Assembly: GCA_010015585.1 (NCBI GenBank)
Contig: ML975162.1
Origin: Eremomyces bilateralis CBS 781.70
Taxonomy: Eukaryota
DNA: 64,000 nucleotides
Direction: 5' to 3' (one strand)
Position numbers and translations under genes: made by a program. This document shows positions 25,800 through 37,303 of this stretch, in pieces. The stretch's first letter is position 1, and each line of letters opens with the position of its first letter. The notes beneath the pieces were generated by a model. The model was not told the DNA's origin. It searched no databases and was given only the letters and a program-made list of their open reading frames with translations.

Positions 25800-27630
25800 C
25801 TAGCCGTCCTTCTGTTCGAAGATCTCAGCCAGCGCCTCGCGAACGTCGAGTTCCTCGAGGACGGCGCCGAAACTAAAGCTCCATCAGCAACGTTATCCAA
25901 CCGTCAAATCCCAGCCTCGGACTCACCCATAACAGCGAACCTTCGCCGTCAGCGCCTCCTTGATGTTCTCGAAATCCTCTTTCCCCATCTCCAGCACACG
26001 CGGATGCTTCCGGATCGTCACCCATGCCATTATCGGGGTGATCTCGCCGTCCAGGGGCAGGCGGTTGCTGAGGTCCAGCAGCTTGACCAGCTCCGGCATA
26101 GACATGTCGGGCATCTTGTGCGGGTACTGGTCGTCGGGGGAGTGTGCGACGTGCGACTCGGGGGGGCAAGTCGCCATGAGCACGTGGCCGGAGATCTCGC
26201 CCTCGGAATCTTGGGAGCGGACCATGAGGAATTGCATGTGGTCCATGCAAGGGCGTTCGAGGCTGGGGAAAGAGGATGTTAGTAAGGGGAGGGGAAGGAG
26301 GGGTGATGTGGAGGAAGGATGTGGAGGGAAGAGAGAAAATGGACGGGTGGGATGTAGCGTGGTATATGGGACGAGGTAAGGAGGATGGGGTTGTGTAACG
26401 GGCAAAGCTGAAAGGGAGGGATACAATTTTGCCACGACCAACCGATGGTCGATCATGGGAGCAACAACAAGATATAGATGTCATCAACCCCATCCTCCGG
26501 ATGGGAAATGCGTGTAAGAGAGGGACGCGCTCATTCATTGGGTGGTGGAGAAAGGTATGGATTTCGGTCGTACGTTAGAACAAAGTCAATCCCAATCTGG
26601 TCATAGTCGACGCCCTGTTGGCCAGGGGCCATGGTTGGTACGGGAGGTGGTGCTCGGCCTGGTGGCATATTGCCAGGAGAAATGTTCGGAGGAGAGGTGA
26701 ATCGAGTGGATTCGGTGTTTGGTCCATAGCTATGGACGCTGCCGGCCGAGCTCGCATCGCCATAGGAGCTATTCTGCCGATTGATGCTTAGAGACGGGCT
26801 GTTGATGTCGTAGTGGATGCCATGAGCGGCAAGGACCTCTTTGAGGCGACGGTTCTCTTCCGCAAAGTTGTCGCGTTCGTGGACGGTCTGAGCGAAGAGA
26901 TCCTTAAGGCGGAGGACCTCCTGCTCTAGTGCTTTGATGTACATCTCTTTTCGCTCGCGGTGCGTCCTGTGGAACGTTAGTGGCGAATTTTCGGCGGTCA
27001 CGTCGTACAAACCGTTGCGCTTGTCGATTTAGTTCTTGACGACGTGTCAACGCGGGTTTGCTGTCAGGTTTCGGACCACGACGCTTGGGAGTTTGGCCAT
27101 CTACGAAGAATGAGTGCGCGCTCCGTATAACCCTACACAAGCTGCCGTACCTCGAGTGGTCTTCTTATCCCCAGTAAGATTCTTCAGAAAGCCGAACATC
27201 TCCAGAGGGCCTTTAGAGTTGCCAGTATCACTATTGTCGTCTAGAAAAATCAATGTTAGCCACGAGAACCAAAAAAAGTAGACTAAACGCAAGCAACAAT
27301 CAATCCTTAAATTCAGAAGTGACATGTGTGTAGTATTATTGGAGAATTTCCAGAAATAGTTGGACTTCATCGAGTGCAAGACTAGTGACCTCTCGCTGAT
27401 CCACTGCCCAAAATGACCGTATGGCATCACCACATGAATCAGAACGATCCAACAATGCCACAGAATTCTCGAGCTTGAACTAGAAATGACACGACGATCG
27501 CAAAGATGACACTGTCTTCTGACAAGAGCATAAAGGAGAAATCAATGGACTCACAATTGGCCATATTATGATCCTGTTCGATATATCCTCCAGCGGGCAT
27601 ATGCCCAGGCGGCGATACTGAAGTAGACAT
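25800..27630 (-). CDS. flbB: bZIP developmental transcription factor FlbB-like, 6 exons
   Basis: KRRGPKPDSKPALTRRQELNRQAQR|THRERKEMYIKALE forms the bZIP. The C-terminal blocks are GIDFVLT|LERPC, SGHVLMATCPP, ITPIMA and KVRCYG|FGAVLEE. Splice phases are consistent from the ATG at 27630 to the TAG at 25800-25802. Confidence 0.85.
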
Positions 27631-29666
27631 GGCTGGTCAAGATCCTCAACGTCTCTCACAAATGTAGAACTTCAGGAAAAGAGTCGCAAGTTTGGGTTTA
27701 GAAGCTGTTGGAAAAGATGTCAGAGTTCGTCCTTGAGATGGATGATAAATGAACATGGAACGTATAAGAGTGGCTGAGCGAGGAACCCGCCCCACATGTA
27801 AATCACATGGAGATCATAGCTCGAGATTAGAATGCAGAATTGAAAGAACACAAGTCCTCGATTGATTCGGTTTGAAACGAGACATGCAACTGTACGCCAT
27901 TGGGGAAACAATGGTACCTGAGAAGATTGACGGTTCGAAAATTGAAGGTCTCCCCAGTCAGCTGCCCAGAGTAGCATTCGTGAATACCAAAGGGATACTC
28001 TTTCGGAGAGGGCATCCCTTATGCCAAGTACCCCGGCATTGATGATGTGGATATGTATGTGTGGCAAAGGCAATCATACGCACCTATACGTAATGCATTT
28101 CCTGGTCTTCCTTCAATGATAGATATCAAGAGGCTCCTCGTCCAACTTTATTGTATGTGCCGAACGCGTTTTCCGATTCAACGAGACTGGAGGAGGCACC
28201 GATTGAAGCTCGTCAGGCCGATTTTGCGGACAGTTCCGAGGTATTGGGTACGTCCGAAATGCGGACACAGAGTCGATATTTCTTAGAGAAGAGGATATCG
28301 TTCAGGTGCGTGTCGCGAGCCGTAGTATCGTCGACTCGTCTCGATTCGTCGTCAACCGGCGAGTAAGGTAATGGGTACGTATTTGGAATTTTAGTGTCCA
28401 CACGCCTGTCAGCTTTGGTCTCCGCCCGCCCCTTCCGGCGCGAGGAGCGTAGCCTGATCCCGGTGGAATTAGCGCAGCAATGGTCGATCTACTTCCCTCC
28501 CCGCAGGACAAGATATCGATGGGACGATGGTCACACTCGCGAGAGTGGTCTTGGAGTCAAAGTGGTGGGGAAACTATCAAGAGGAACTGTGGTTGAGGTG
28601 GAAGCGAAGTACCGCAATGACCCCCTGGTCGACTGTGGCCCTTCTCGCCGGCTCGGGTCGCGATCCCTTCTCTTGCCTGGTTAGACTGTCAGGTTAGGTC
28701 AATGTCCGTGCCGGTGGCGTTTGGTTCGTTGGTAATTGGTATTGAGCAACAATCAATTCAGTTGTCCTGGTGGACGAGATGGATGAAGAGGAGAGTGCGA
28801 AAGTGTAAGACAAGATGAAATCAGGCGTTCTATTCAGCGACAGGAAGAGACGAAGTGATCATGCAAGCGCAGGGGGGAAGCGTTCCCGGCTTGAGAGCTC
28901 CCAATTCAGACTTCGGAGCTTGCACTATGCTGCTTTGGGGTTGATCTGCAGCATGATAGGAGATGTTTTGTAACGTGAGAAGCGAAGGAACTTCTAGAAG
29001 ACAGTTACTAACCGCCTGACAGAGTTTCACAACATTCCCCGACTTATACGCTATCGGGATGGGTATCACAGGACTGAGGACACCGAGGGCGACAATAGGG
29101 TAACGGGCTTGGTTATATGGGGTAACATTGGGTTCTTCCACTCATGATGATGTGAGTGATAAACGAAGAGATGATGGAAATTGAACGAATGATTATAATC
29201 TCCATGTCCAATGATGATGCAACGACAGTGGTATAGCAGGAGAAGTTCCGTTGGCACTTTAATCTGGGGTTCTCGTATTAAACGAGACGTGAGCTGCCAC
29301 ATTTCACCTTGTGCCTTCGCAAACACCTCATCGTCTGAATTTACTGGACTCCCACATCTTCGGGAACCGGTCCGATTCCGGTTCCACCTCCACCGTTCTC
29401 ATGCCGATCGGAGTGCCAGATGTCTGATCAAGGAGGACCAGTATGGGAATTGCTGAGAGGCCTGCATTCCATTTCCAAATAGACACCTTCTGGGTTTTAT
29501 CGACACAGCGATTTTCGAAGGGGATGGGCGGTGGTATTATTTAGGTGTTTCCAGCCCTTGAGGATGTGAGGGTTTGAAAACAAGGGGGAGTTGCTCCATC
29601 CGAACTCGCCGAAGGCGGCGCGAGCCTGGAAGTGGAAGTTTTCTACTCCGTACATTGGGTGCTACG

Positions 29667-31653
29667 ATGGAGAATCTGAATGTTGAAATATTACAGCTCA
29701 TCTTCGACCATGTAAGGTCTCTGCTTCACCCATTCGAGAAATATCTAACACCACTAATAGGTATATCTCGAGAATCGCAGAGATATTTTCGCGGTAACAC
29801 TCGTATCTAAGCTATGGCATTCTATTGCGCAGATAGTTCATGATAGGAACATCGAGATCGTCCTCAGCAAGGGATCATACAACGCTAACCGGAAGGTCTT
29901 CGCTCGGCTCCGCTCTAAGAGATTCCTCTCTCGAGTTCGCAGAGTCCATGTAGTGGACTGGTTTGGGTCTGGTCTGATACCATGTTGCCCAGTATGGCCG
30001 TATGCGGAGCATGATATGTCTATGGAACTACGCGAGGATAAAACTTGGATCCAATTCCGGGCGCTAGTGAAGCAGATGAGCAATATGAGACTCACTAATT
30101 TCAGGTATATTTCTACTCCTATGGAACTTGGAAACAATCATACTAAGAAATTCTGACTCTAGATGGTCAGTCAGCTCAGGCCGCCTTGCCCGAGCCACTT
30201 CTGGAGCTGCTTATAAGGAAACCACACTGTCGAATTCATATCGACCTGCGAGATGACCTGCCTCCTTGGACCATGTCCAGCTACGACTACCTGTTCCCAG
30301 CCATGGCTTCAGAAGGTCAGCTGTCATCTCCGGAATTGTTGACATCAAACTTTTCAAGCTTGGGGATCGTGATCCGGGCAAAAGACGTACCTGCGCTCGA
30401 TCGTCTAGGGGAGCTCGTTGCTTCATGTCACAATCTCAGAACCCTGAAGGTGTCGTGTATAGGAAGAATCACCAGGCCTATCCGACGTAATGGGCAAGTC
30501 GAACCATTCAGAAGGCCACCGAGAGGCCACCCTTGGAATTGCCAATCCAATGAATGTGGCGAGACCCTTCCAGGCTTGTTGGAGCTCGAGCTATCCAGCT
30601 TTTGTATTTGCGGAGACGTTGACGGTGCTTCCTATGAAAACCTGCCGTGGCAGCAATTACGGCGTGTCAAATTTACCTGTCCTTCCTTTCTCACCCGATT
30701 TGCCGGACAGATGACGCATCTCTGTGCTCTCGAGCTTCACTTGGATTTAAGATCCCCCGACATTGAATCGTTCTGCATGGATCCTTCATGCTCTCCTTCA
30801 ACAGAGGATATTGGACAATGCTTAAGAACATTTACGGGATTGAAGGAGCTTCATCTGGTCAATGGTACGCACTTGCTTGATGAAACGCTGATCGCCCAAG
30901 TTGGTCCAACCGTTCGATCGATATCAGCGCACCAGCAAGAGCAAAGGACAACTACGGAAAGGATAATCCTTTCTAAAGAGATGCTGTTCACCATTGCAGC
31001 AATGTGCCCGAATCTGCGTTCTTTGAGTGTGGATATGCTCGATAAATCGGTATTGGTAGGTGCCTAGAAGCTCTACAATGTTACCGCCATCAATTTGTTT
31101 CCATCCAGCTTACTCAACTTTGAGACTTTTGCTAATGTAACAAATCATAGTACGATGAAATTTTGCCATTGATAGGCGAACATTTGTGGCATCTCACTGA
31201 GCTCGGTCTATGGTTTCCATCCTGGATGCCAAGACCGTATGACATGTCCCAACATGGTTGTCAGATGGTTCTCCATGGACATGGAACAGGTATTACGAAG
31301 TTGATCGTATCGACTCCAACACCAACGGGGACTATCGATTGACAGTGACATGTGTTGAAGGCAAAAGATACCAACAAATTGGTGAGGAACGTGGGGAACA
31401 CAAGGACATTTGGACGCTACCAAAACATCCTGATGGTAGGAATAGTTATGCCCTCTTATCAGGACGGAGACATGCGCATTCGCAACACTGTGGAATGGGA
31501 TCACTTTGTCCGTTGCGGAAGATCGAATCCGAAGCCATGTTAGAAAGTTCAATCCGCGTCGTATCATTGGTCGATGTCATGTTCGCAGACCAGACGTGGA
31601 TCCTGATGATTTTGCCCGTTTTCGACGCAGGCGAGTCAACTAGATATAGTTAG
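29667..31653 (+). CDS. F-box-like / leucine-rich-repeat hypothetical protein (3' end uncertain, possibly frameshifted)
   Basis: MENLNVEILQLIFDH|VYLENRRDIFAVTLVSKLWHSIA is F-box-like, followed by LRR-like CHNLRTLKV, LKELHL and CPNLRSLSVD. Introns lie near 29712-29760, 30104-30162 and 31056-31150. Confidence 0.6.
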
Positions 31654-31692
31654 ATTAAGTTAACTTAAGTTAAGTTAACTAGTTAGTTATCG
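31648..31692. repeat. AT-rich low-complexity TTAAG/TTAAC/TTAG repeat containing a palindrome
   Basis: tagttagattaagttaacttaagttaagttaactagttagttat, which contains the perfect palindrome TTAAGTTAACTTAA. Confidence 0.7.
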
Positions 31693-32430
31693 CAACGATT
31701 CTAATTGTTAAAAACGAAATGATATTAAAGGAATTGTTTACTAAGCGACTTTCAATAAGTCTCTAGAATAGAAGCCTCCTGGCGGCGTCTGGTACAGTGA
31801 CTTTGATGGTATACCGGCGCGAGGGGATTCGATAGACATAGTATCGCTTTATACCAGCAAATTATCCACTCTAATCGATCAACCCACTGGAGAACCTGCA
31901 ACGTCTGGTACGTTAGAGGGATTGGTGATATGAAACACGGGATAAACTGCCAAATTGTATGATGGATAGACGAATGAATGAATCGATGATTAGTCTACGA
32001 ACCTAAGAGGGGATGAGCCGACTAATTAACTTTCTTGCGATACCTTCACGCATAGCAGTTGCAAACCGAGCTATCTACGTCCGGAGACGGATGTGTGGTG
32101 CTGGGGGGTTACACAGATAGACGATATAGCGAGGGAGTGTTCAGAAAAGATAGGTACTTAAAATTACAATAACTAGCTTCTTCCTTACGGTAGATAAGGA
32201 GTGACGATATGAAGAATGTCAGTTACGGACGGATTGATCCTGCTCGATACGCATCGCAAGTGAGGTTCTGAATATTCCTTCGTTGTTACGACCAGCCAGG
32301 CTGATGGTGTTGGTTAACGTCTTATGGCCTCACTATCCTGTACAGTGTACGGCCTGGTGGACACCTTATAGGTGGGTTCATAGGTGCCTCCAGTGCCAGG
32401 TGCCTCTGCTGTGGGCTGTGGCAGCTGCAT

Positions 32431-32755
32431 GTGGGCGGGGAAGGAGCCCAGGCCTAGCGGGATAGGGGCCCTGCGTTTTGTTGGCTCATACGTAGCCATT
32501 TGTTGGCACATGTGTAGCAATTTAGGTGAATTCACTGCCGGCTAAACCTCGGAAGGCGGACGAATGTCTTAGCAAGAGATTGAGCGGCGGCCATTATATA
32601 TCTCTACCTACTTTAAGGCATTTCTACCATATACTAGACGCCTAGGGAGTTGCCCAGGGGGATGAATAGGTGGGTGGGGGAGGTGCCCACGCCGTGTGGG
32701 GTAGGGGCCCGTATTTTGCTGGCCCATACACTACAATTCAGGTAAATTCACTGCC
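32431..32755 (+). repeat. Diverged direct repeat, two copies (~32431-32539 and ~32670-32755)
   Basis: taggggccc..ttttgttggctcatac..caatttaggtgaattcactgcc versus taggggccc..ttttgctggcccatac..caattcaggtaaattcactgcc. Confidence 0.75.
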
Positions 32756-32760
32756 CCTAT

Positions 32761-32940
32761 TCTCGTGCAAGCTTTCCTTACGCTCCCTACTCTCGTGCAA
32801 ACTTTCTCATACAGGCTTTCTCGTACAAACTTCCTCGTAAAGATTTTCTCTCACGCACCTACTCCTCGTGTAGACTTTCTCCTACGCACCCAATTCTCGT
32901 GCAGACTTTCTCTCACGACCCCACTTACCGTGCGAGCTCT
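32761..32940 (+). repeat. Degenerate minisatellite with a 14-bp core (TCTCGTGCARACTT) in 14- and ~31-bp units
   Basis: About 7 core copies: tctcgtgcaagctt, tctcgtgcaaactt, tctcatacaggctt, tctcgtacaaactt, cctcgtaaagattt, cctcgtgtagactt, tctcgtgcagactt. Confidence 0.8.
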
Positions 32941-33161
32941 ACCCGCCTGATCCATCATGGAGCCGTAAAAGGTGGGCAACATTTTCTTCACATACGGCAA
33001 GACGTGATGTTGACAGCTACTTGAAGATATATCGCATATCATTCAATTCATCGAATGCCACGTCTGCAAAGCACAATTCGACAGAAGCATTGACGGAACC
33101 TCACAGGTCGGCCAACGTCCCAACCTTTCTCTTCTCTCGAAACACCCCGGCTGCATACAAG

Positions 33162-34142
33162 ATGCCGCAAAAGCATAAGCGATCGTGGTCCGTGGAAGGC
33201 TCAAGGGTGCAAGGTTGCATTAAGAAACGAGCAGTAGCCAAGAGACGGCGAGAGGATTACAAGCTCGAACGAGTTAGAGCACTCATCGAAGAAGGAATTA
33301 CGAAACACGATTTGGATGAACGGCGTGCCAGGTATTACTGTATGAAGGAGCATCCGGGAAGGTTCTGTAGTCAATGTAACCCACGGGCCGACGAAGAGGA
33401 TAGTGAAGGTCTCAGCGATGAGGAGGCCGAAATGAGCGATTCTTGGAGTGATGGTCCGGTCTCCGATGATGATCAATCCCTAACATACTCCGAGATTTGG
33501 GGCAACGAAGAGGAGAAAGATACAGTCGTCAAATACATCAAGGGCAAGATCAAAGCTGTGGACACGGCTGCCACGCGACTTAAGACGTTGGTAGATGATC
33601 AACAAGCGGGGAAACCCCTAATTGGCGGGTTGCGAGGCAAATGGACTCTGTACAACTTGGATGTCTGTCCGAAGCGATATGAGCCTACTGGCGAGTACCA
33701 CCGGCTTACCGTGAGCGAAGCGGCTGTCAAAGGGGAGCTGGTCAACCAAGATCGTGTTAGACACCCACCTTACGAAATTTTCATGGAGTGGTTGATTAAG
33801 GATGCTGCTGGGGACATTATACCTTTTCCATTCCCAACTCACGCTTCACTCGAGCCGGTCCCGATCCAACTCATGACAAGAGTTTCCGATGATGTTCCCG
33901 CCGAGATAGTCTTCCTAGGCGATGATTGTCTCTGGTTAAGAGTCCCGAGGTCGACTGTTTACCCGAAAGAGGCTAGTCGACTTGGGACGTCTTCCCCAAT
34001 GATAGAATTTGCCGGAGTTCGCCAGACAGAGGCCGACATTGAGGAAATAAAGCGAAGACATGAGAAAATGGCACAGGAATGGGAAAGAGCAAATAGTCCC
34101 GAAACTTCTATTGCGGCGTCTTTATGTGGATGGGACTATTGA
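33162..34142 (+). CDS. Hypothetical protein (intronless, no family recognised)
   Basis: The ORF is open for more than 320 codons from the ATG at 33162. It has a basic N-terminus, a Cys/His patch (CMKEHPGRFCSQC), an acidic linker and a globular-looking C-terminal half. Confidence 0.65.
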   Translation: MPQKHKRSWSVEGSRVQGCIKKRAVAKRRREDYKLERVRALIEEGITKHDLDERRARYYCMKEHPGRFCSQCNPRADEEDSEGLSDEEAEMSDSWSDGPVSDDDQSLTYSEIWGNEEEKDTVVKYIKGKIKAVDTAATRLKTLVDDQQAGKPLIGGLRGKWTLYNLDVCPKRYEPTGEYHRLTVSEAAVKGELVNQDRVRHPPYEIFMEWLIKDAAGDIIPFPFPTHASLEPVPIQLMTRVSDDVPAEIVFLGDDCLWLRVPRSTVYPKEASRLGTSSPMIEFAGVRQTEADIEEIKRRHEKMAQEWERANSPETSIAASLCGWDY

Positions 34143-34329
34143 GATTCTACACGAGGCTCTTTGAGCTTTGCTCTCAACCACAGAATACTATGGCGAGTCT
34201 TTTCCCATTTGCTCGGCCACTCTGCGGTCCATTTCAAACTCGTGAAGACCACCCAGGTCCATAAAATCTAACATTATAAGTTCGGATGAATTATATGCTG
34301 GGGATCTTATGTGGTGGAGGTACTGACTG

Positions 34330-35157
34330 GATTGAACAACATTACAAGCTGGATATTCACTCTCTTGTTCCCCCGCAAGCTTTGGCTTCTGGACAATGTC
34401 GCGTATTTCGGTCATATGCCCATCGACCCTTGTATGTATGACCTCCGGACTGGACCAAGAGAGGATGAGCCTGAAAATCTTCTTTTTTTGGTTTCGCAGC
34501 CGATTCTACCACAATTTTCCAGTAAGTGAGATCTTTCAGATACTAACCCGTGTGAAATAACAAGGAAGCTGGAATGTGCAACATCGCTAAAAGTATATTA
34601 GCATTGGGTTCCAGAGTCGCCATGCGTATTCCGCCTTTCGTTGCCACTCCAGGGATATATACCAAAGTCCTTTATGCTCGGAGCTCTCCGAGCCCTATAG
34701 CCTCTTGTTCTGACCACGAAAAGATGTGCCCAAGGAGAACCTGGCGCAATATGGCTTTTTACCAGTCCCCCTCTGGCTAAGGGTACCCTATGCCGAGGAA
34801 ACCAGCCTCCTTTCTAGCCAGGTCGCTAAGGACATGACCTACTTCTTACGACCCCATCGATCTCGGATCAACGATATCCAATATCATCTGGCAAATATCG
34901 ACAAGAAACTCCCACCGACCCAACTGTTTAAGAAATATGAGGTTTGGGATGATCGACTGAGGCAATTGAAAGCGCACCTGGACAGCTAGAAGCCAGGAGG
35001 CATCAGGGGTCTCTGGGCAGACAAACGGGATAGCGGGCAGTGGTACACTTTCTGGGCTGTCATCATCGTCATTGGAGGGATTGGCGTCGTGCTTACGACT
35101 TTTGCACTAATCGTGTCGATTGGGCAGACGATTGGGACATTCAGGGGTGTTGAATGA
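34330..35157 (+). pseudogene. Pseudogene of a fungal family with a C-terminal transmembrane helix (W.D.RD..QWYTFW type)
   Basis: One frame reads ELSEPYSLLF*PRK...YEVWDDRLRQLKAHLDS*KPGGIRGLWADKRDSGQWYTFWAVIIVIGGIGVVL...GVE*, with internal TGA at 34711 and TAG at 34987. A remnant GTAAGT...CTAAC intron lies near 34522-34564. The 5' limit is approximate. Confidence 0.75.
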
Positions 35158-36161
35158 GAAGAAACTCTGTTGCTAAGTAGCAACCAGTCTGTCCGAACTC
35201 TTGCTTAAATCCAGATCCGAGTAGCCCGTAACCAATCTTCCCCTGGGTAGGGGCTCCCAGAAGCGCCCCCAGGCGCTGAATGCGTTTTGTGATGCAGAGG
35301 GTCACCTTTTGACTTTTGTGAGCTACTGGGCACGTCAATGCTCATACTGATGCCTGACCCACCCCTGTATAAACCCTCACTCGGGCCTTTGGTAGCTATT
35401 ACAGCCATTGTGAGGTCGGAGTTGCTGTAATTTTCCCTCAGGGTAGAGTCGAAGTGTCAGCGCGATATCAAGACACGATATAGAAGATGAACAATAGGGT
35501 ACTCAGAAAGTAAAGTCCTTGTCAATATTAGAATAGTTAACAGGAATCGAGTTCTTCATGACTAGCATAAGCTTAGAGACTTAGGTTTTGACTTGAGAAT
35601 AATAATGAACATCTTCGCAACCGACAAACGACTTGCAGTATGCAGAACGGACTGCTGCCACAGAATCAGGAAAATACCTCATACAACCCAAGATACAGAC
35701 AAGCTGATGCAAAGCAATCCCTTGAAGCAGTCTCCAGTTCAAAAGAAAAACATGAGATGACCTCCGCCACAGGAACGGGGGGTGTTGTCATAGTCTTCGT
35801 CCCGGAGGTGGAGGGCAGTCCAGAAGCAATCTGTATCTATACTCTACTAGTCAAGGTGATAATGGGTTAGCTGTGGCGTCCAATTGAACTTGCAGACGTA
35901 GTGGAACATTCTTGAGATATGTGATGCATTTAGTCAAAGAAATCAATGAAGGTACCTAGTGGATGAAATAACTGTTTTAATGAAGTTTCGATTTGTGAAG
36001 CTCTGTCATGGTTCGTGATAATTATGGTTAATTGCCATACCGCATCGTAATAGTGGCCCAAGCTTTCTGAAGGTTCTCGAATAGTCGAATTCACATATCA
36101 ACTCGAGCTTCGGAGATCGCAGATCACCGCACCTTCACTCTCTCCTTTATATATCGATAAA

Positions 36162-37109
36162 ATGAAGGCATCTGTGTCTAGCTCCCTATTGCGACCAATA
36201 TGCCGCCCAAGGTCGAGCATATCAAGATGCAGACCGCTTGATCGGCGGCCCTTCTCCGGAGCAAGCTTTCCCGGAACATCAGGTCTAGGAAGACCATCAC
36301 AACCGACCGGATGGGCACCAGTACCATACGTGACGGAGACAATTGTAAGAGACGAATAGTCTAGACTTTCACTAAGGATCTCAACTGACTTTATAGGGAG
36401 GAGGCTGGCTCACATGTACTTCCTCCCTCCCTAGCGCTGTTGCTATTGAGTGCGTGAACTGACTCTCTTCTGAAGCGGATATCTTCTCAAGATTATTGAA
36501 AGAGCGCATTGTTTGCTTGAATGGCGAAGTCAACGATGCGGTATCGGCATCCACTGTGGCCCAGCTGCTATTTCTGGAAGCGGAGAACCCGGATAAGCCG
36601 ATAAACCTATATATCAACTCCCCTGGAGGATCAGTCACAGCAGGTACGGTCTCTTACCCTTCATATAATCTGTCTAGAAATCATGCTAACCCAGTTCCGC
36701 CACAGGACTCGCAATATATGACACGATGACATACATCCGCTCCCCCATCCGGACGATCTGCATCGGCAGCGCATACAGCATGGGCTCCCTTCTCCTCTGC
36801 GGCGGCAGCCCCAATCAGCGGTTCATCCTTCCACACGCATCCGTCATGATACACCAGCCATCCGGCGGCTATTTCGGACAAGCATCAGACATCGCAATCC
36901 ATGCGAAGGAGATCCTGCGGGTACGGAAACAACTCAACGAGATATACGTGCGACACATGGAAGCAGCGGGGAAAATCAGGACACTGGAAGAGGTGGAGAA
37001 GCTGATGGAACGGGATTACTTCATGAGTGCGAAGGAGGCGGTTGAACTGGGCCTCGTGGACAGCGTACTGGAGAGGAGGGACGAGAAGAAGGAGGGGGGG
37101 AAATTATGA
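36162..37109 (+). CDS. clpP: Mitochondrial ATP-dependent Clp protease proteolytic subunit, 4 exons
   Basis: Arg/Ser-rich presequence, [40 protein letters not shown], catalytic AYSMGS, MIHQP and ERDYFM. Confidence 0.96.
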
Positions 37110-37303
37110 TTCTAGGGAGTATGTGGCGAGTGTCTATGATATGGCCGCAAGATATGCCCCCCTGCGACGTACAGGTACGTGGAGTTCAGGAATAGGTATG
37201 TACAACAGGTGTACAAAAGATGAACTTATCCACCTATTGAATGCAACCAACCGGCGCGAAATGCCCAAAACGCCGTTCCCATGCATCGTCACTCCGTGAA
37301 TCG

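Noticed and set aside
32761..32940. Possible CRISPR-like array
   Set aside because: Eukaryotic context, degenerate repeats, spacers similar to each other and no cas genes.
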